From Oscillospiraceae bacterium (lineage in GTDB: Bacteria > Bacillota > Clostridia > Oscillospirales > Ruminococcaceae): a stretch of 64,000 nucleotides of DNA. Numbering within the stretch: the first letter of the stretch is position 1; each line of letters starts with the position of its first letter. The stretch lies in contig WRLY01000003.1 of NCBI GenBank assembly GCA_009776305.1, positions 72,068-136,067 of the forward strand, in the 5' to 3' direction. Below are positions 29,449-39,302 of this stretch, one piece after another. The notes below the pieces were generated by a model, which was not told where the DNA came from, searched no databases, and saw only the letters and a list, made by a program, of their open reading frames with translations. The position numbers and the translations under genes were made by a program.

Positions 29449-30735
29449 TCATAGCTTTACTGAAATTTCGCCGCCGGCGGCTCGCCGGTTAATGTGCTCT
29501 AATATAATTTTTAAGAAATGACCGATGTGGTTCAAGTGCTCTCTTGCCTCGCGGGTTTTCTTTTGAAAGAGCATAAATCTTTCGGCGCTTTTTATAAAAT
29601 AATGAAAATAAACGGGCTTTAAAATAAGCTTCTCTGCCAAAAGCCGCATTGCCGTTTCCATAATTTCGCCGTTTCCCTCTTTAGTCTGCCTGATTAGATT
29701 TAAAGTAGCCGCGATTACGTCTTTCTCAAAGGTCAGCAACCCTTGTAAATCCTCGCGGAACTCACTGCTCTTTGCCGAAAGCTCAAAAAAAACCAAAGCC
29801 GATTCGGCAATCGCTTCAGCCGCTTGTTTTACGTCACGGCTGTCCGTCATAAGAGAAACCAGCCCCAGCGCCGTTTTCTCCCGCTTGTGAGCGTGTTTTT
29901 CCCCGCTCAAAAAATAAATTACAAATTCGTTGATTACTTTTGATATGTAGGCGTTTTGAGCAATTCCTCCTGTTGCCCCCGATTTTAATCTAAGCGCGTC
30001 GGGGCAATGAAAATAAGGCAGAGGTGCGCCATAAGGATTTTCTTCTGTTTTATCCCCGCGTCTGCCGGAATAAAAAGTCGGTTTTTTCAGATAGAAACCG
30101 AGGCAATTCACAAAGTCGCGGCGTTCGGCTATTGAAATTATTTTCGGTCGATTTTTTTCTATTATATCACAATATTTCTCAAAAAACAAGAGGGAAAATC
30201 CCTGCCCGTCAACCGAAACACAGCAATCGACCGACGCTCCCCCCGCTACGGCGCAATATTGCGCTTTATTTCCGCCTTTTGAGTGCCCCGCTACGCAAAG
30301 CTCCTTTATATTGGGAAAGCTGTTTCTTACCTCTTTTACAAAATCCAACGCCGCCTTTTGCGACGGCGTTTCCGCCACGAACATGCCCTCGGCGTTGTCT
30401 GCCCACTCGCCGTCCCCGCTTGTGCCGCGAAAAATCACATAGGCTGAATCAGGTGAATTTTCACACGTGAAACAAAACGCACGATGCCCCGTTTTCTCAT
30501 CGTTTATCTGCTTTATTATGAAAAGCGCTCCAAGAGCAAAATCGGCAATAATGCTTTCAGCGACGCCCTCCCATTCGCTCCGCGTCATCATGCAAGGAAG
30601 TACCGTTTCCCGTTCAAATCCTTCTTTAAGCATATAATTCATTATGTAGGCTAAATTATTATTGTTATGCTCGCTTATTAAAACGTCTAAATAAACTATG
30701 TTGCAAAGTCGCTCGATTTGGAAAACGTTAAGCAT
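29449..30735 (-). CDS. DUF2974/Mbeg1-like alpha/beta hydrolase
   Basis: FRGT..GEW.DN, GHSKGGNKAQY, VDGQGF. Confidence 0.85.
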   Translation of the reverse strand: MLNVFQIERLCNIVYLDVLISEHNNNNLAYIMNYMLKEGFERETVLPCMMTRSEWEGVAESIIADFALGALFIIKQINDEKTGHRAFCFTCENSPDSAYVIFRGTSGDGEWADNAEGMFVAETPSQKAALDFVKEVRNSFPNIKELCVAGHSKGGNKAQYCAVAGGASVDCCVSVDGQGFSLLFFEKYCDIIEKNRPKIISIAERRDFVNCLGFYLKKPTFYSGRRGDKTEENPYGAPLPYFHCPDALRLKSGATGGIAQNAYISKVINEFVIYFLSGEKHAHKREKTALGLVSLMTDSRDVKQAAEAIAESALVFFELSAKSSEFREDLQGLLTFEKDVIAATLNLIRQTKEGNGEIMETAMRLLAEKLILKPVYFHYFIKSAERFMLFQKKTREAREHLNHIGHFLKIILEHINRRAAGGEISVKL

Positions 30736-30839
30736 TTGATTTCGCCTTCTTTCTATTATTTATACAGGTCAGACGCCATTTTACATAGGTTGTACAAAAC
30801 CACTTGCAAAGAACTTTATAAAACCTTATAATTAAACTA

Positions 30840-31135
30840 AACTTACAAGGAAAAAGCGCAGGAATACTTTATTTTAGCCGCCACGTATTAATTTTCGAGT
30901 AGCTCAATAATAAAATAAACGAGCCTGCTTTAAAACAGCCGACTCGTTTATTTTATTCGGGTAATCTGCTTTTTGCCAATTAATGCAGACGGGTTCTTTG
31001 CCTGCCAACAATTAAGAACATATATCCAACTACCGCCAAACTCCAATATTTCGGTTTCTTAAACACATGCTCTAAGAATTTTTATCCGACCTTGTTAAAT
31101 CTATAAAAAATCTCCTGCCGAAAAGCAGGAGATTT
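30840..31135 (+). ncRNA. Candidate structured ncRNA (unassigned)
   Basis: Promoter TTGCAA-17-TATAAT (30804-30832) with no plus-strand ORF downstream; several nested hairpins; terminator-like hairpin at 31108-31135. Confidence 0.35.
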
Positions 31136-31163
31136 AATTAGCAGATTTAATTATTTGTATTAC

Positions 31164-32153
31164 TTACGTTTCCGTTTTGCTTGAAAACTCACTAAGCAAC
31201 CGCTCATATTCCTGATTAATTGTCTGCATCGCCTGTGTATCTCCGCTGTCGGTGTCTGGATGATAATTCTTGCTGAGGTTTTTATACCTGCTCTTTAATT
31301 TCTCTACCGTGTCGCACCCCGCGAACAGCGAAAAGCCGACGCCGTCAGTTTTACCCTTTTGACCTATTAACAGTTGATTTAACTTATTTTGAATTTCATT
31401 CTGGCAGGATTCAATCAAATCAATATTTTTTCTTATGGATTTTATATTTACCTTATGCTCTACCGCACTGTCTATTTCACTTATTACTTCAATATATGTT
31501 TCTATTTTTTCATTAGCTTGGTCATATTTTTCTACAATGCTTTCAAAAAAAGGTATAAGCGTTTGCTTTCCGTTGCTATTTTCACATAGATTTTTCGCGA
31601 CCTCAAGAACGTTGCAGAATTTTTCGGTTACAAAGCTGTGCCGTTCCATTAATTCATCATACTGCTTAAAATAATCAGTTCCCCTCGGAATATCTAAAGT
31701 GTTATTATTGCCCCCCATTCCTGCGCCTGCGCCGCTTTCATCATAATAAGAATCAGCGATTTTAAACCTGTTTTTCTTTTTATTAAAAAATTCATAAGAG
31801 CCTATGTGCATACCTATGCATATAAGTCCGAGGGATCCTCTTATTGTCCAATACCAGATTTGGTCGTCGCCGATTTGCTGAAGAATCCATTCTTCAATAA
31901 TAGCCCATATTACCATCTGGTAGAAAAGACCCGCCAAAATATGTAAAATCAAACCGAGAAATTTTACACGATACAACCATTGCAATAAAATCGCGACTCC
32001 AAGTCCTATCATAATGCGAAACGCCGTATGTATAGGAAAAATGTAATCCATAAAAACTACCGCGAACAAAACTGCAAAAATCGCGTCCCAAATCACCATA
32101 TTACAGCAACCGTATTTGGTTTTTTCTTTTATTGTTATTTCATACTCGCTCAT
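31164..32153 (-). CDS. Membrane protein with C-terminal DnaJ (J) domain
   Basis: About 4 N-terminal TM helices, a coiled-coil region, then LKSRYKNLSKNYHPD...MQTINQEYERL. Confidence 0.8.
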   Translation of the reverse strand: MSEYEITIKEKTKYGCCNMVIWDAIFAVLFAVVFMDYIFPIHTAFRIMIGLGVAILLQWLYRVKFLGLILHILAGLFYQMVIWAIIEEWILQQIGDDQIWYWTIRGSLGLICIGMHIGSYEFFNKKKNRFKIADSYYDESGAGAGMGGNNNTLDIPRGTDYFKQYDELMERHSFVTEKFCNVLEVAKNLCENSNGKQTLIPFFESIVEKYDQANEKIETYIEVISEIDSAVEHKVNIKSIRKNIDLIESCQNEIQNKLNQLLIGQKGKTDGVGFSLFAGCDTVEKLKSRYKNLSKNYHPDTDSGDTQAMQTINQEYERLLSEFSSKTET

Positions 32154-32387
32154 TTTTTCTTCCGTTACCTTTTAAAATTCATCGCCATAACACGAAAATC
32201 CCCTCTGCCTTATACAGTAGCAGAGGTATTGTCTGCAACACACAAAACCAAACCTGAACAGACGAAAACCGCCCCGCCATTCTGAACTTTCATTATAACA
32301 ATACCATATACGCCACTGTTTTGTCAAGCGTGAAATACAGTTTAATAGTACTTCGGAAGAGGATACCGAATAGCGGAATGGCTCGGG

Positions 32388-32452
32388 TATAAAAGAAAAC
32401 ATAAAGGCTGTTTACAAAACCTGATGTAAACAGCCCTTATGTTTTCTTTTAT
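32388..32452 (-). terminator. Long hairpin downstream of the ECF/anti-sigma operon
   Basis: ATAAAAGAAAACATAAAGGCTGTTTACA ... TGTAAACAGCCCTTATGTTTTCTTTTAT. Confidence 0.7.
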
Positions 32453-32498
32453 GCTTTTTATCTGACAGGTTCTAAGTTTCTAAAATTATAACAAAATT

Positions 32499-33515
32499 TT
32501 AATTAATCGGGATTTCAATACCCTGATAAATAACCGTTTCTATATTTTCTAAATCAAGCGTGTTCTGATACTTAGTTTTCATTATCACGTAAGAATCAGC
32601 GTACATACCGCCTTGCATAATATCTCCCATGTTAATCATTTCACCGTCCTTTGTTTTAATGTAAATTGAATTTTGCTCAAAAGTAAAAACATTATCCTCG
32701 AGACCGGTAAAATAAAAACAGACAGCGAAAGGATTTACAATTAATTTTTCTAAAACGCTTCCACTTTCAAGCATGATTTCCGGATATAAGACGATAAGAT
32801 TATCATTTACAGTTTTGCCGATAATGAATTTAATTTCGGCTTGACCATTTATGGTGTCATAATCGTATTCATCATCTTCGTTTAAATATCCTATTGCCGT
32901 AATGCCGTTTATAAAAACAGTATATTGTTCACCCGCCGATATTCCCTCTGTGTTGGTACTAAATTCAAGTATTGTTATTATATTTTCATCTACAACATAT
33001 ACGTTCCTTAAAAGTGAATTCCATACTGCTTCTCCATTCATGAGTGCCTCACTACCGCCGAGGGGTTCATCATAAAATATTGCTCCCGACATATCCATAG
33101 CAACGCCATAGCCCGCATAATTATTACCAAAGAGCGATTCCTCGGATAAAACGTCAATAGCGAGGAAAATAGACTCGCTGTCAGCGTAGAGCGCGGATAT
33201 TTCAAAGTCTACGCCCTCAAAGGTATTTGTTACAACCTCATAGTTAATCTCACCCTGCATATTTTCAAGCAGGTTTTGATTATTGCCGAACAGATTATTT
33301 ATAAGCTCTGAATAATTCCAGCCGCTGACCGCACCTGCTGTAATCGTCAGCGCTATCAACGCCCCAGCCGTTACCGCGGCAAATCTTAATACTTTTCTTT
33401 TCATTGTTATTGCCTTTCCTTTCTCGTTTTTATTAGATTTTGGGGTTTCAAGCGTATTTAAAACCCGCTTGTGAAACTCCTCCGGAACTTCCGGAAAAAC
33501 GTTATGCCAGTTCAT
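32499..33515 (-). CDS. Anti-sigma factor (DUF4179-like)
   Basis: Typical N-terminus (FPEVPEEFHKRVLNTL), single TM, overlaps the ECF sigma stop. Confidence 0.8.
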   Translation of the reverse strand: MNWHNVFPEVPEEFHKRVLNTLETPKSNKNEKGKAITMKRKVLRFAAVTAGALIALTITAGAVSGWNYSELINNLFGNNQNLLENMQGEINYEVVTNTFEGVDFEISALYADSESIFLAIDVLSEESLFGNNYAGYGVAMDMSGAIFYDEPLGGSEALMNGEAVWNSLLRNVYVVDENIITILEFSTNTEGISAGEQYTVFINGITAIGYLNEDDEYDYDTINGQAEIKFIIGKTVNDNLIVLYPEIMLESGSVLEKLIVNPFAVCFYFTGLEDNVFTFEQNSIYIKTKDGEMINMGDIMQGGMYADSYVIMKTKYQNTLDLENIETVIYQGIEIPIN

Positions 33516-34008
33516 TATGAAAATCCTCCTTTTCCTGAAGTAAAATCCTAAGTTCCGCCCGCGCCTTTGAAAGGCGGCTTTTTACCGTACCTTCAGGGAT
33601 TTTAAGCATAACGGCGATTTCCGACGTTTTAAAACCCTCGATATAGTGCAAAACCACTGTCAGGCGGAGCTTTTCTTTCAGCTTCATCAATGCCGAATAA
33701 AGCTCGATGTTTTGCGTATGAACCTGTGTTTGCCGCGATTGCTCATTTTTCATGTATTCCTCATAAGGGGTCGGGAGCACCCGCCTGCCGGAGCGGTAAA
33801 TACGGTAGCACTCGTTAATAAGGATTCGGCAAAGCCATGTTTTGAAAAACTTTTCTTCTTTCAGCCCGTCGATATTACCGAAAGCTTTTATTATAGCTTC
33901 CTGAACCGCATCGGCACAGTCGAAGTCATTTTTTAATATAGTCTTTGAAATATGGTATAAGGTCGGCTCGGCTTCAAGAACTAACCGTTCAAACTGATTA
34001 TTATCCAT
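33502..34008 (-). CDS. ECF RNA polymerase sigma factor
   Basis: DAVQEAIIKAF, FFKTWLCRILINEC, EGTVKSRLSKAR; start ATG 34008 after GGAGG. Confidence 0.93.
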   Translation of the reverse strand: MDNNQFERLVLEAEPTLYHISKTILKNDFDCADAVQEAIIKAFGNIDGLKEEKFFKTWLCRILINECYRIYRSGRRVLPTPYEEYMKNEQSRQTQVHTQNIELYSALMKLKEKLRLTVVLHYIEGFKTSEIAVMLKIPEGTVKSRLSKARAELRILLQEKEDFHNELA

Positions 34009-34061
34009 AACGCCTCCTTGCAAAACAAATTTTCCGCGCAGAATTTTTTGTTTCATAATGA

Positions 34062-34090
34062 TTAGAGCCGTTGAGGCTTTAATCGGTTCA
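34062..34090 (-). promoter_or_regulatory. Putative autoregulatory ECF promoter
   Basis: TGAACC-N17-CTCTAA upstream of the ECF gene. Confidence 0.5.
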
Positions 34091-34235
34091 TTTATTTTAC
34101 CATAATTGCCGCTTTATTTCAATTGCGTTTAAAATTCAAAAAATTTATCAAAAATTTAATTTTTTTATTGCATTTTTTTGTATATTTTGATATAATGTGA
34201 TTATGTAATTCTTACATAATTCGAGGTAATAAGAA

Positions 34236-35204
34236 ATGAAGAAAACATTAGGGTTTATTTTGGCGGCGGTTTTGGTATTTGCGGTTTTGGCAATATCCGC
34301 AATCGCGTTCGACTCCAACGACTACGGCAGCGACTGGGACAGCGGCGGCAGCGATTGGGGAAGTAGCAGTGACAATGACCGCGACAGCGGTTGGGGGATT
34401 GGAAGCGTCAGCAGCAGTAGCGGAGGCGGCGGAGACGGCACGGGCGGCGGCGGTGTTATAACGGTAGCAGTCGTCATTATTGTGTTGGCTTTTGCCGTGC
34501 TTAAAGCCGTTGCCGACAAAAAGAAAAAAGACGGTGCGGGCGGTTCTCAAACAGGCGGCGTTCGCCCCTCCTCTCATCAAGGGCTTAATATAACCCTGCC
34601 CGACAGGACGGCGCAGATTGAGGGGATTATAAAACAGCGCGACCCCAATTTCTCTGCCAACGACTTTATTTCTTTCGCGAAAAATGTTTATATAGACATA
34701 CAAAACGCGTGGTGCAAGCGGGATATGTCGCCGGTACGTCCTGTTTTGCACGACAATCTTTACAACTCTACGGTAAAACAATTGCAGTCTAAAATAGAGC
34801 AAGGGGTTAAATATCACTATGAAAGTATTGTTGTAAACACTGCCTATCCTACAAGCTACGCTAAGGACGCGCAATTTGAATACCTGACGATTTACCTGAA
34901 TTCTCGTATGATTGACTGGCAGGAAGATGAAAAAACAGGCAAAGTCATACGCGGTGATAAACATACCCGCTGGGATTTACGTTACAAGATGAAGTTTATG
35001 CGTTCGGCGGTAGTCACAACTAAGGAAGAAGTCGCGGCGGCAAAGGGTCATAACTGCCCCAACTGCGGCGCTCCGCTTGAGATTTCCTCATCGGGTAAGT
35101 GTGCGTATTGTAATTCCGTTGTGACGACGGGGCAGTACAGTTGGGTGCTTTCCGATTTCGGTACAATCAGGAATGATACGGTGGATGAGGGCGTGAGGGA
35201 TTAA
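34236..35204 (+). CDS. Tim44-like domain protein with C-terminal zinc ribbon
   Basis: Signal peptide, S/G/D-rich linker, TM, DPNFS..FISFAK..IQNAW, CPNCGAPL...CAYC, WVL. Confidence 0.85.
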   Translation: MKKTLGFILAAVLVFAVLAISAIAFDSNDYGSDWDSGGSDWGSSSDNDRDSGWGIGSVSSSSGGGGDGTGGGGVITVAVVIIVLAFAVLKAVADKKKKDGAGGSQTGGVRPSSHQGLNITLPDRTAQIEGIIKQRDPNFSANDFISFAKNVYIDIQNAWCKRDMSPVRPVLHDNLYNSTVKQLQSKIEQGVKYHYESIVVNTAYPTSYAKDAQFEYLTIYLNSRMIDWQEDEKTGKVIRGDKHTRWDLRYKMKFMRSAVVTTKEEVAAAKGHNCPNCGAPLEISSSGKCAYCNSVVTTGQYSWVLSDFGTIRNDTVDEGVRD

Positions 35205-35244
35205 ATTATGGCAGATAATTTATATTTCAATGGGAGGGCTTAAT

Positions 35245-35706
35245 ATGCCGAGAGTGTCAAACATGGAGGTTTTACAAAAAAATGAACAGCCTACTTTGTC
35301 AATTCGTACCAGAACGCAAGTTGAAAAACTACCTATGCTAATTGGTGAAAGTTATGCGAAGATGGGGGCTTAGCTCAAAGAGCTTAATGAGTATTTAGCA
35401 GACATTCCTTATGTAGCCTACCATAATATGGATATGCAAAACCTTGATATTGAAATAGGTTTTCCAGTATCTAAAGTATTGCCGGGAAAAGAAGAAATTG
35501 AGTCTGGTGCTATTCCGGCAGGGAAAATCATATTTTGTATGTTTCGTGGTGCTTACAGCGAAATAGAGCCGACCTATAATGAAATGTCTAAGTGGATTGA
35601 AGATAATGGGTTTAAGCCGATAGGTACGGCGTATGAACATTACTACAATGGACCTGAATTTCCAGAGAGTGAAATGCTGACAATGATTGTCATGCCGATA
35701 TTATAA
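35245..35706 (+). pseudogene. GyrI-like small-molecule-binding protein with an in-frame TAG
   Basis: RBS GGGAGGG and ATG 35245 give MPRVSNMEVLQKNEQPTLSIRTRT...SYAKMGA, then TAG at 35371-35373, then LKELNEYLADIPYVAYHNMDMQ... in the same frame. Confidence 0.8.
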
Positions 35707-35755
35707 GCATTTTCTTTATTAAAAAATAAATCTAAAACCGAAAGGAATCACTACT

Positions 35756-37075
35756 ATGGGACTGATTAAAGCTGCGGGAAGCGCGATTGGCAGTACTTTC
35801 GCCGATTCTTGGAAAGAGGCGATTCACTGCGAGCAGATGGACAATACCGTAATTTTGCGAAACGGTGCGCAAATGAGCGCCGGCAAAGGCAGTAATACAA
35901 AGGGCAGCGCAAATGTCATAAGCAACGGCTCCGCCATTATGGTGGGGGAAAATCTATGTATGCTGACCATTGACAACGGCAAAATTACCAATATCGTTAC
36001 CGAGCCGGGGCGGTACATACTTGATAATTCTTCTGCGCCGTCGATTTTCGCGGGGCAAATCAAGGATTCCGTCAAAGATTTATTGCAACGTTTCACTTTC
36101 GGCGGCGTTCCGTCAGTGGAGCAAAAGGTAATTTATATCAATTTACAGCAGTTGCCCGGAATAAAATTCGGAACGGGTACGCCCATGCCTTATCCCGACC
36201 CGCGTTATAATACCACCATTGACCTGCGGTTTCACGGAACATTTGAAATACAGGTTCCGGACGCTGAAATGGCGGTTAAGTTCTATCAGCAGGTTGCCGT
36301 CAAAGGCTCGGGCGCGGGCGATATGACGGTAGCGCAGATTTTCAGCTCTGAGCAGTATAAAAATGAATTCATGCAGTCTATGAAAATCGCGCTCAATATG
36401 CTTTCAACACAGGGGATAAGCTACGGGCAGATTTCAATGCACTTAAACGACCTTACAAACAACGTTCAGCAAGCCACGCGGGAAAACTGGCAGGCGCGGG
36501 GCTTTATGGTTACCCGAATCGGTATGGGTCCTGTTACGCTTTCGGAAGAAAGTAAGGAATTGCTCAAAGACCGCCTGAAAGCCGACACCATGCTCGGAGG
36601 CGATGTTCAAAAGGCAATGATGGTAGGTAGCGTAGCGCGGGGAATCGAAGCCGCGGGAAGTAACGAAGCAGGCGCAATGATGGGCTTTATGGGCATGAAT
36701 ATGGCTATGAACGCGGGCGGTAATATCTTGGGTGGCATGGGTGAAACGCCGCCGCAACAGCCCTCGCAGTGGAATCAAAATGCCGCCCCGCCCTCTAACG
36801 TTTCGCCTATTGCCGGAGGCGCGCAAACACCGCCGTCCGCCGCAGACGGTTGGAAGTGCCAATGCGGCGCGACTAACAACGGTGCGTTCTGTTCCGATTG
36901 CGGAAGCAAGAAACCCGAAGTCCCCGAAAACTGGGCTTGCCCCTGCGGCACACAGAATACGGGCAGATTTTGCTCTAATTGCGGCAGTCAAAAGCCGGAC
37001 AGTCCATGGAAGTGTTCCTGCGGATTTGAGAATACCGGGAGATTTTGTTCTAATTGCGGTAATCAAAAGCAGTAA
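35756..37075 (+). CDS. SPFH-domain protein with three C-terminal zinc ribbons
   Basis: NVISNGS.I.V, EPGRY, RFTFGG, IKFGT, N.AGAMMGFMGMNM, three WxCxCG...FCSxCG units. Confidence 0.88.
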   Translation: MGLIKAAGSAIGSTFADSWKEAIHCEQMDNTVILRNGAQMSAGKGSNTKGSANVISNGSAIMVGENLCMLTIDNGKITNIVTEPGRYILDNSSAPSIFAGQIKDSVKDLLQRFTFGGVPSVEQKVIYINLQQLPGIKFGTGTPMPYPDPRYNTTIDLRFHGTFEIQVPDAEMAVKFYQQVAVKGSGAGDMTVAQIFSSEQYKNEFMQSMKIALNMLSTQGISYGQISMHLNDLTNNVQQATRENWQARGFMVTRIGMGPVTLSEESKELLKDRLKADTMLGGDVQKAMMVGSVARGIEAAGSNEAGAMMGFMGMNMAMNAGGNILGGMGETPPQQPSQWNQNAAPPSNVSPIAGGAQTPPSAADGWKCQCGATNNGAFCSDCGSKKPEVPENWACPCGTQNTGRFCSNCGSQKPDSPWKCSCGFENTGRFCSNCGNQKQ

Positions 37076-37080
37076 AATAA

Positions 37081-37109
37081 TAACAGCGCGGGAAATGCCC
37101 GCGCTGTTA
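37081..37109 (+). terminator. Intrinsic terminator
   Basis: TAACAGCGCGGG-AAATG-CCCGCGCTGTTA followed by a T-rich tract. Confidence 0.8.
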
Positions 37110-37404
37110 ATTTATTAATGCCAATCTTCCCAAACACTTGAACTCCAACCATTCATAAAATTAATTTTATGGTAAATCATCCTTTAAAATACATTCGGTA
37201 ATCTTAAAGGATTTAAAAATATTGAAAGTATAATTCCAAAAACAACTATGTAATAGAATAAGAACAAATATTTTCTTCTTTTTTATTTTTTTTCATAATA
37301 TATACCTCTTGCTTTGTAGTCATGCTCTGACAATAACATGTTTTCTGTTATCGTTTTTCCCTTTGGCAAGCGGCTTTTATATGTAAAAGTATTTTTATTA
37401 ACGC

Positions 37405-38262
37405 CTAAACACTAACTTCCTTTTTCCCGAAATACTGAATCTTATTCAACGAACGCGGGGGAGTTAAATTTGAGCCGAGTGGCTTTGCTTTGTGGCTGTA
37501 GAAACCGTGAAAATCCGAACCGCCGGTGGTTATAAGATTATGCTTTTCGGATAAATCCAAAAGACTTCTCTCATCGCTTTTACTTACGCTTTGATGCCAG
37601 ATTTCAACGCCGTCTATATCGCCGTTTTGCGCTAATTCCTCAAGCAGGTCAAAGTTATCATATACTTTCGGATGTGCTAAAACCGCCACACCGCCCGCCG
37701 AGTGAATCAGTTGTAGCACAAATTTCACTTCAGGATATTCTTCGATTTCGCGTTTTACTTCCTCAGCGCAAAGTCCGTCCTCTGTATGAAAAATCTCATT
37801 GTAAAGCTGACCGTACAGCTTAGTGGTATGACCATAATCCATGAGGGCGTGCATGATATGACATTTATAAATTGACTTACTCCCTGAAGAATGTTTTGCT
37901 ATATGTTCAAGGGGAATGGAATATTTTTCCGCTACCTTGTTCGCCATGATTTTTCCGCGCGTTTTCCTCATTTCAGTAGTTCGCATGCATAAGCCTTCAA
38001 GGCGGTCAGGCTTCTTCGGATTATAGCAGATAATATGAGCCTTGGCTTTCCTCTTTCCGTCAAAGGCGGAAAATTCAACGGCGGGAATCACCTTTACTCC
38101 GTAACGCTGTCCCAACACACTCGAACGTGAAAGTGAAGAGAGACAGTCGTGGTCGGTTATGGCAATGCAGTCGAGGGACTGACGCTTTGCCTGAACTATA
38201 ATCTCCTCTATTCCGAGAGAACCGTCAGACAGTGTGGTGTGACAGTGCAGGTCAGCTTTCAT
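37405..38262 (-). CDS. PHP-domain phosphoesterase
   Basis: DLHCHTTLSDG, ITDHD, VLAHP, TGGSDFHG. Confidence 0.93.
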   Translation of the reverse strand: MKADLHCHTTLSDGSLGIEEIIVQAKRQSLDCIAITDHDCLSSLSRSSVLGQRYGVKVIPAVEFSAFDGKRKAKAHIICYNPKKPDRLEGLCMRTTEMRKTRGKIMANKVAEKYSIPLEHIAKHSSGSKSIYKCHIMHALMDYGHTTKLYGQLYNEIFHTEDGLCAEEVKREIEEYPEVKFVLQLIHSAGGVAVLAHPKVYDNFDLLEELAQNGDIDGVEIWHQSVSKSDERSLLDLSEKHNLITTGGSDFHGFYSHKAKPLGSNLTPPRSLNKIQYFGKKEVSV

Positions 38263-38314
38263 AAAATGTTCCTTCCTAATTGGCGGGCGAACACGGTTCG
38301 CTCCTGTTGCGGGA

Positions 38315-39172
38315 CTATCTTATAACTTTGCCTTTTGGCTTTGGCTTGGATTTAATTGGCGTTTCACGTCCGCCTAAGTCCTCGAAAAGCGGCTTTTGGT
38401 CTTCTTCTTCTTTTTTGTGCCGGTTATCCGAATGAACCGAATAATCTGGAATTTCGGGGTTTTTTTCTCCCCTTGATTCATAAAACGGTGTTATTATATA
38501 TTTTTGTATAACAGGATAGGAATTGAAAACCGATATGAAACTTATCCACGCGAACGGAACAAAGGGTAGTAAAAAGAGCGAAAAAGCGCCAAGGATAAAT
38601 ATAAGGAAAATCAGGGAAAGCGATACTAAAAGGGTGATTATATTGCGCTTTATGCCGAGAACCGTTAAAAAGAGCGAATTTTTGATAATCTGACCTAAAC
38701 TAAGCGTCAGCGCCGCTATTTGCGGGTATATGTAAAAGTGCATCATAAAAATGAACACGCCTGCCGCTATAAATACAGCCGACATTACCATATTACTCAC
38801 ATCGGGCTGAACGGCTGTCAGGAAAATATAGTAATTATATGAAAGAATGAACACGGCAATGAAAAACAAGTCGAAAAGCCCGATTATAAGCCCTTGTTTA
38901 AAATTCTTCTTAAATGCGTTCCAAAATTCCTCAAATATAAATATAGGCTGTTCCAGCGTGAATTTTCGCATTACCTGCGTCATGGCAACCGTAGCAGGAC
39001 CTATGGTTACGAGCGGTAGACAAAAGAAGACGTAAAGCATATTTACATAAAAGAATTTCCAGAATTTACGGGCAAAAAGTTCACAAAATTTAAAAAACGG
39101 CTTTTTTTCAGGCTCGCTTTTTGAAACGCCCTTGCCTGACTTGTTAAAATATGAGTGACCGAAAAAAGGCAA
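38315..39172 (-). CDS. YesL/DUF624 family membrane protein
   Basis: CLPLVTIGPA, FWNAFKKNFKQ, IIKNSL. Confidence 0.85.
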   Translation of the reverse strand: MPFFGHSYFNKSGKGVSKSEPEKKPFFKFCELFARKFWKFFYVNMLYVFFCLPLVTIGPATVAMTQVMRKFTLEQPIFIFEEFWNAFKKNFKQGLIIGLFDLFFIAVFILSYNYYIFLTAVQPDVSNMVMSAVFIAAGVFIFMMHFYIYPQIAALTLSLGQIIKNSLFLTVLGIKRNIITLLVSLSLIFLIFILGAFSLFLLPFVPFAWISFISVFNSYPVIQKYIITPFYESRGEKNPEIPDYSVHSDNRHKKEEEDQKPLFEDLGGRETPIKSKPKPKGKVIR

Positions 39173-39302
39173 AAAATCAGCTCCCGTAATTTTAATATAT
39201 TTATAAGATAAAGCACATTAAATATAATTATACTATATTATAAGCTTGTTTGCAAGTAAAATATTTTGTTTTTAAGGTGAAATTATGGTAATATTATATG
39301 AA

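Noticed and set aside
30840-31100. raiA-motif RNA on the minus strand (GCAGGCAAA...GCGGCTAA...TCCTGC resemblance)
   Set aside because: Only short fragments resemble it, the 3' half is absent, and the promoter is on the other strand.
32172-32402. 76-aa Cys/Trp-rich ORF
   Set aside because: It starts inside a terminator hairpin, has no RBS, and covers the likely promoter region of the J-domain gene.
35371-35373. Pyrrolysine or amber recoding
   Set aside because: There are no pyl genes in the window and TAG is used as a true stop nearby; a nonsense mutation is simpler.
37115-37296. Small membrane-protein ORF on the minus strand
   Set aside because: It stops after 16 codons; at best an unidentifiable AT-rich remnant.
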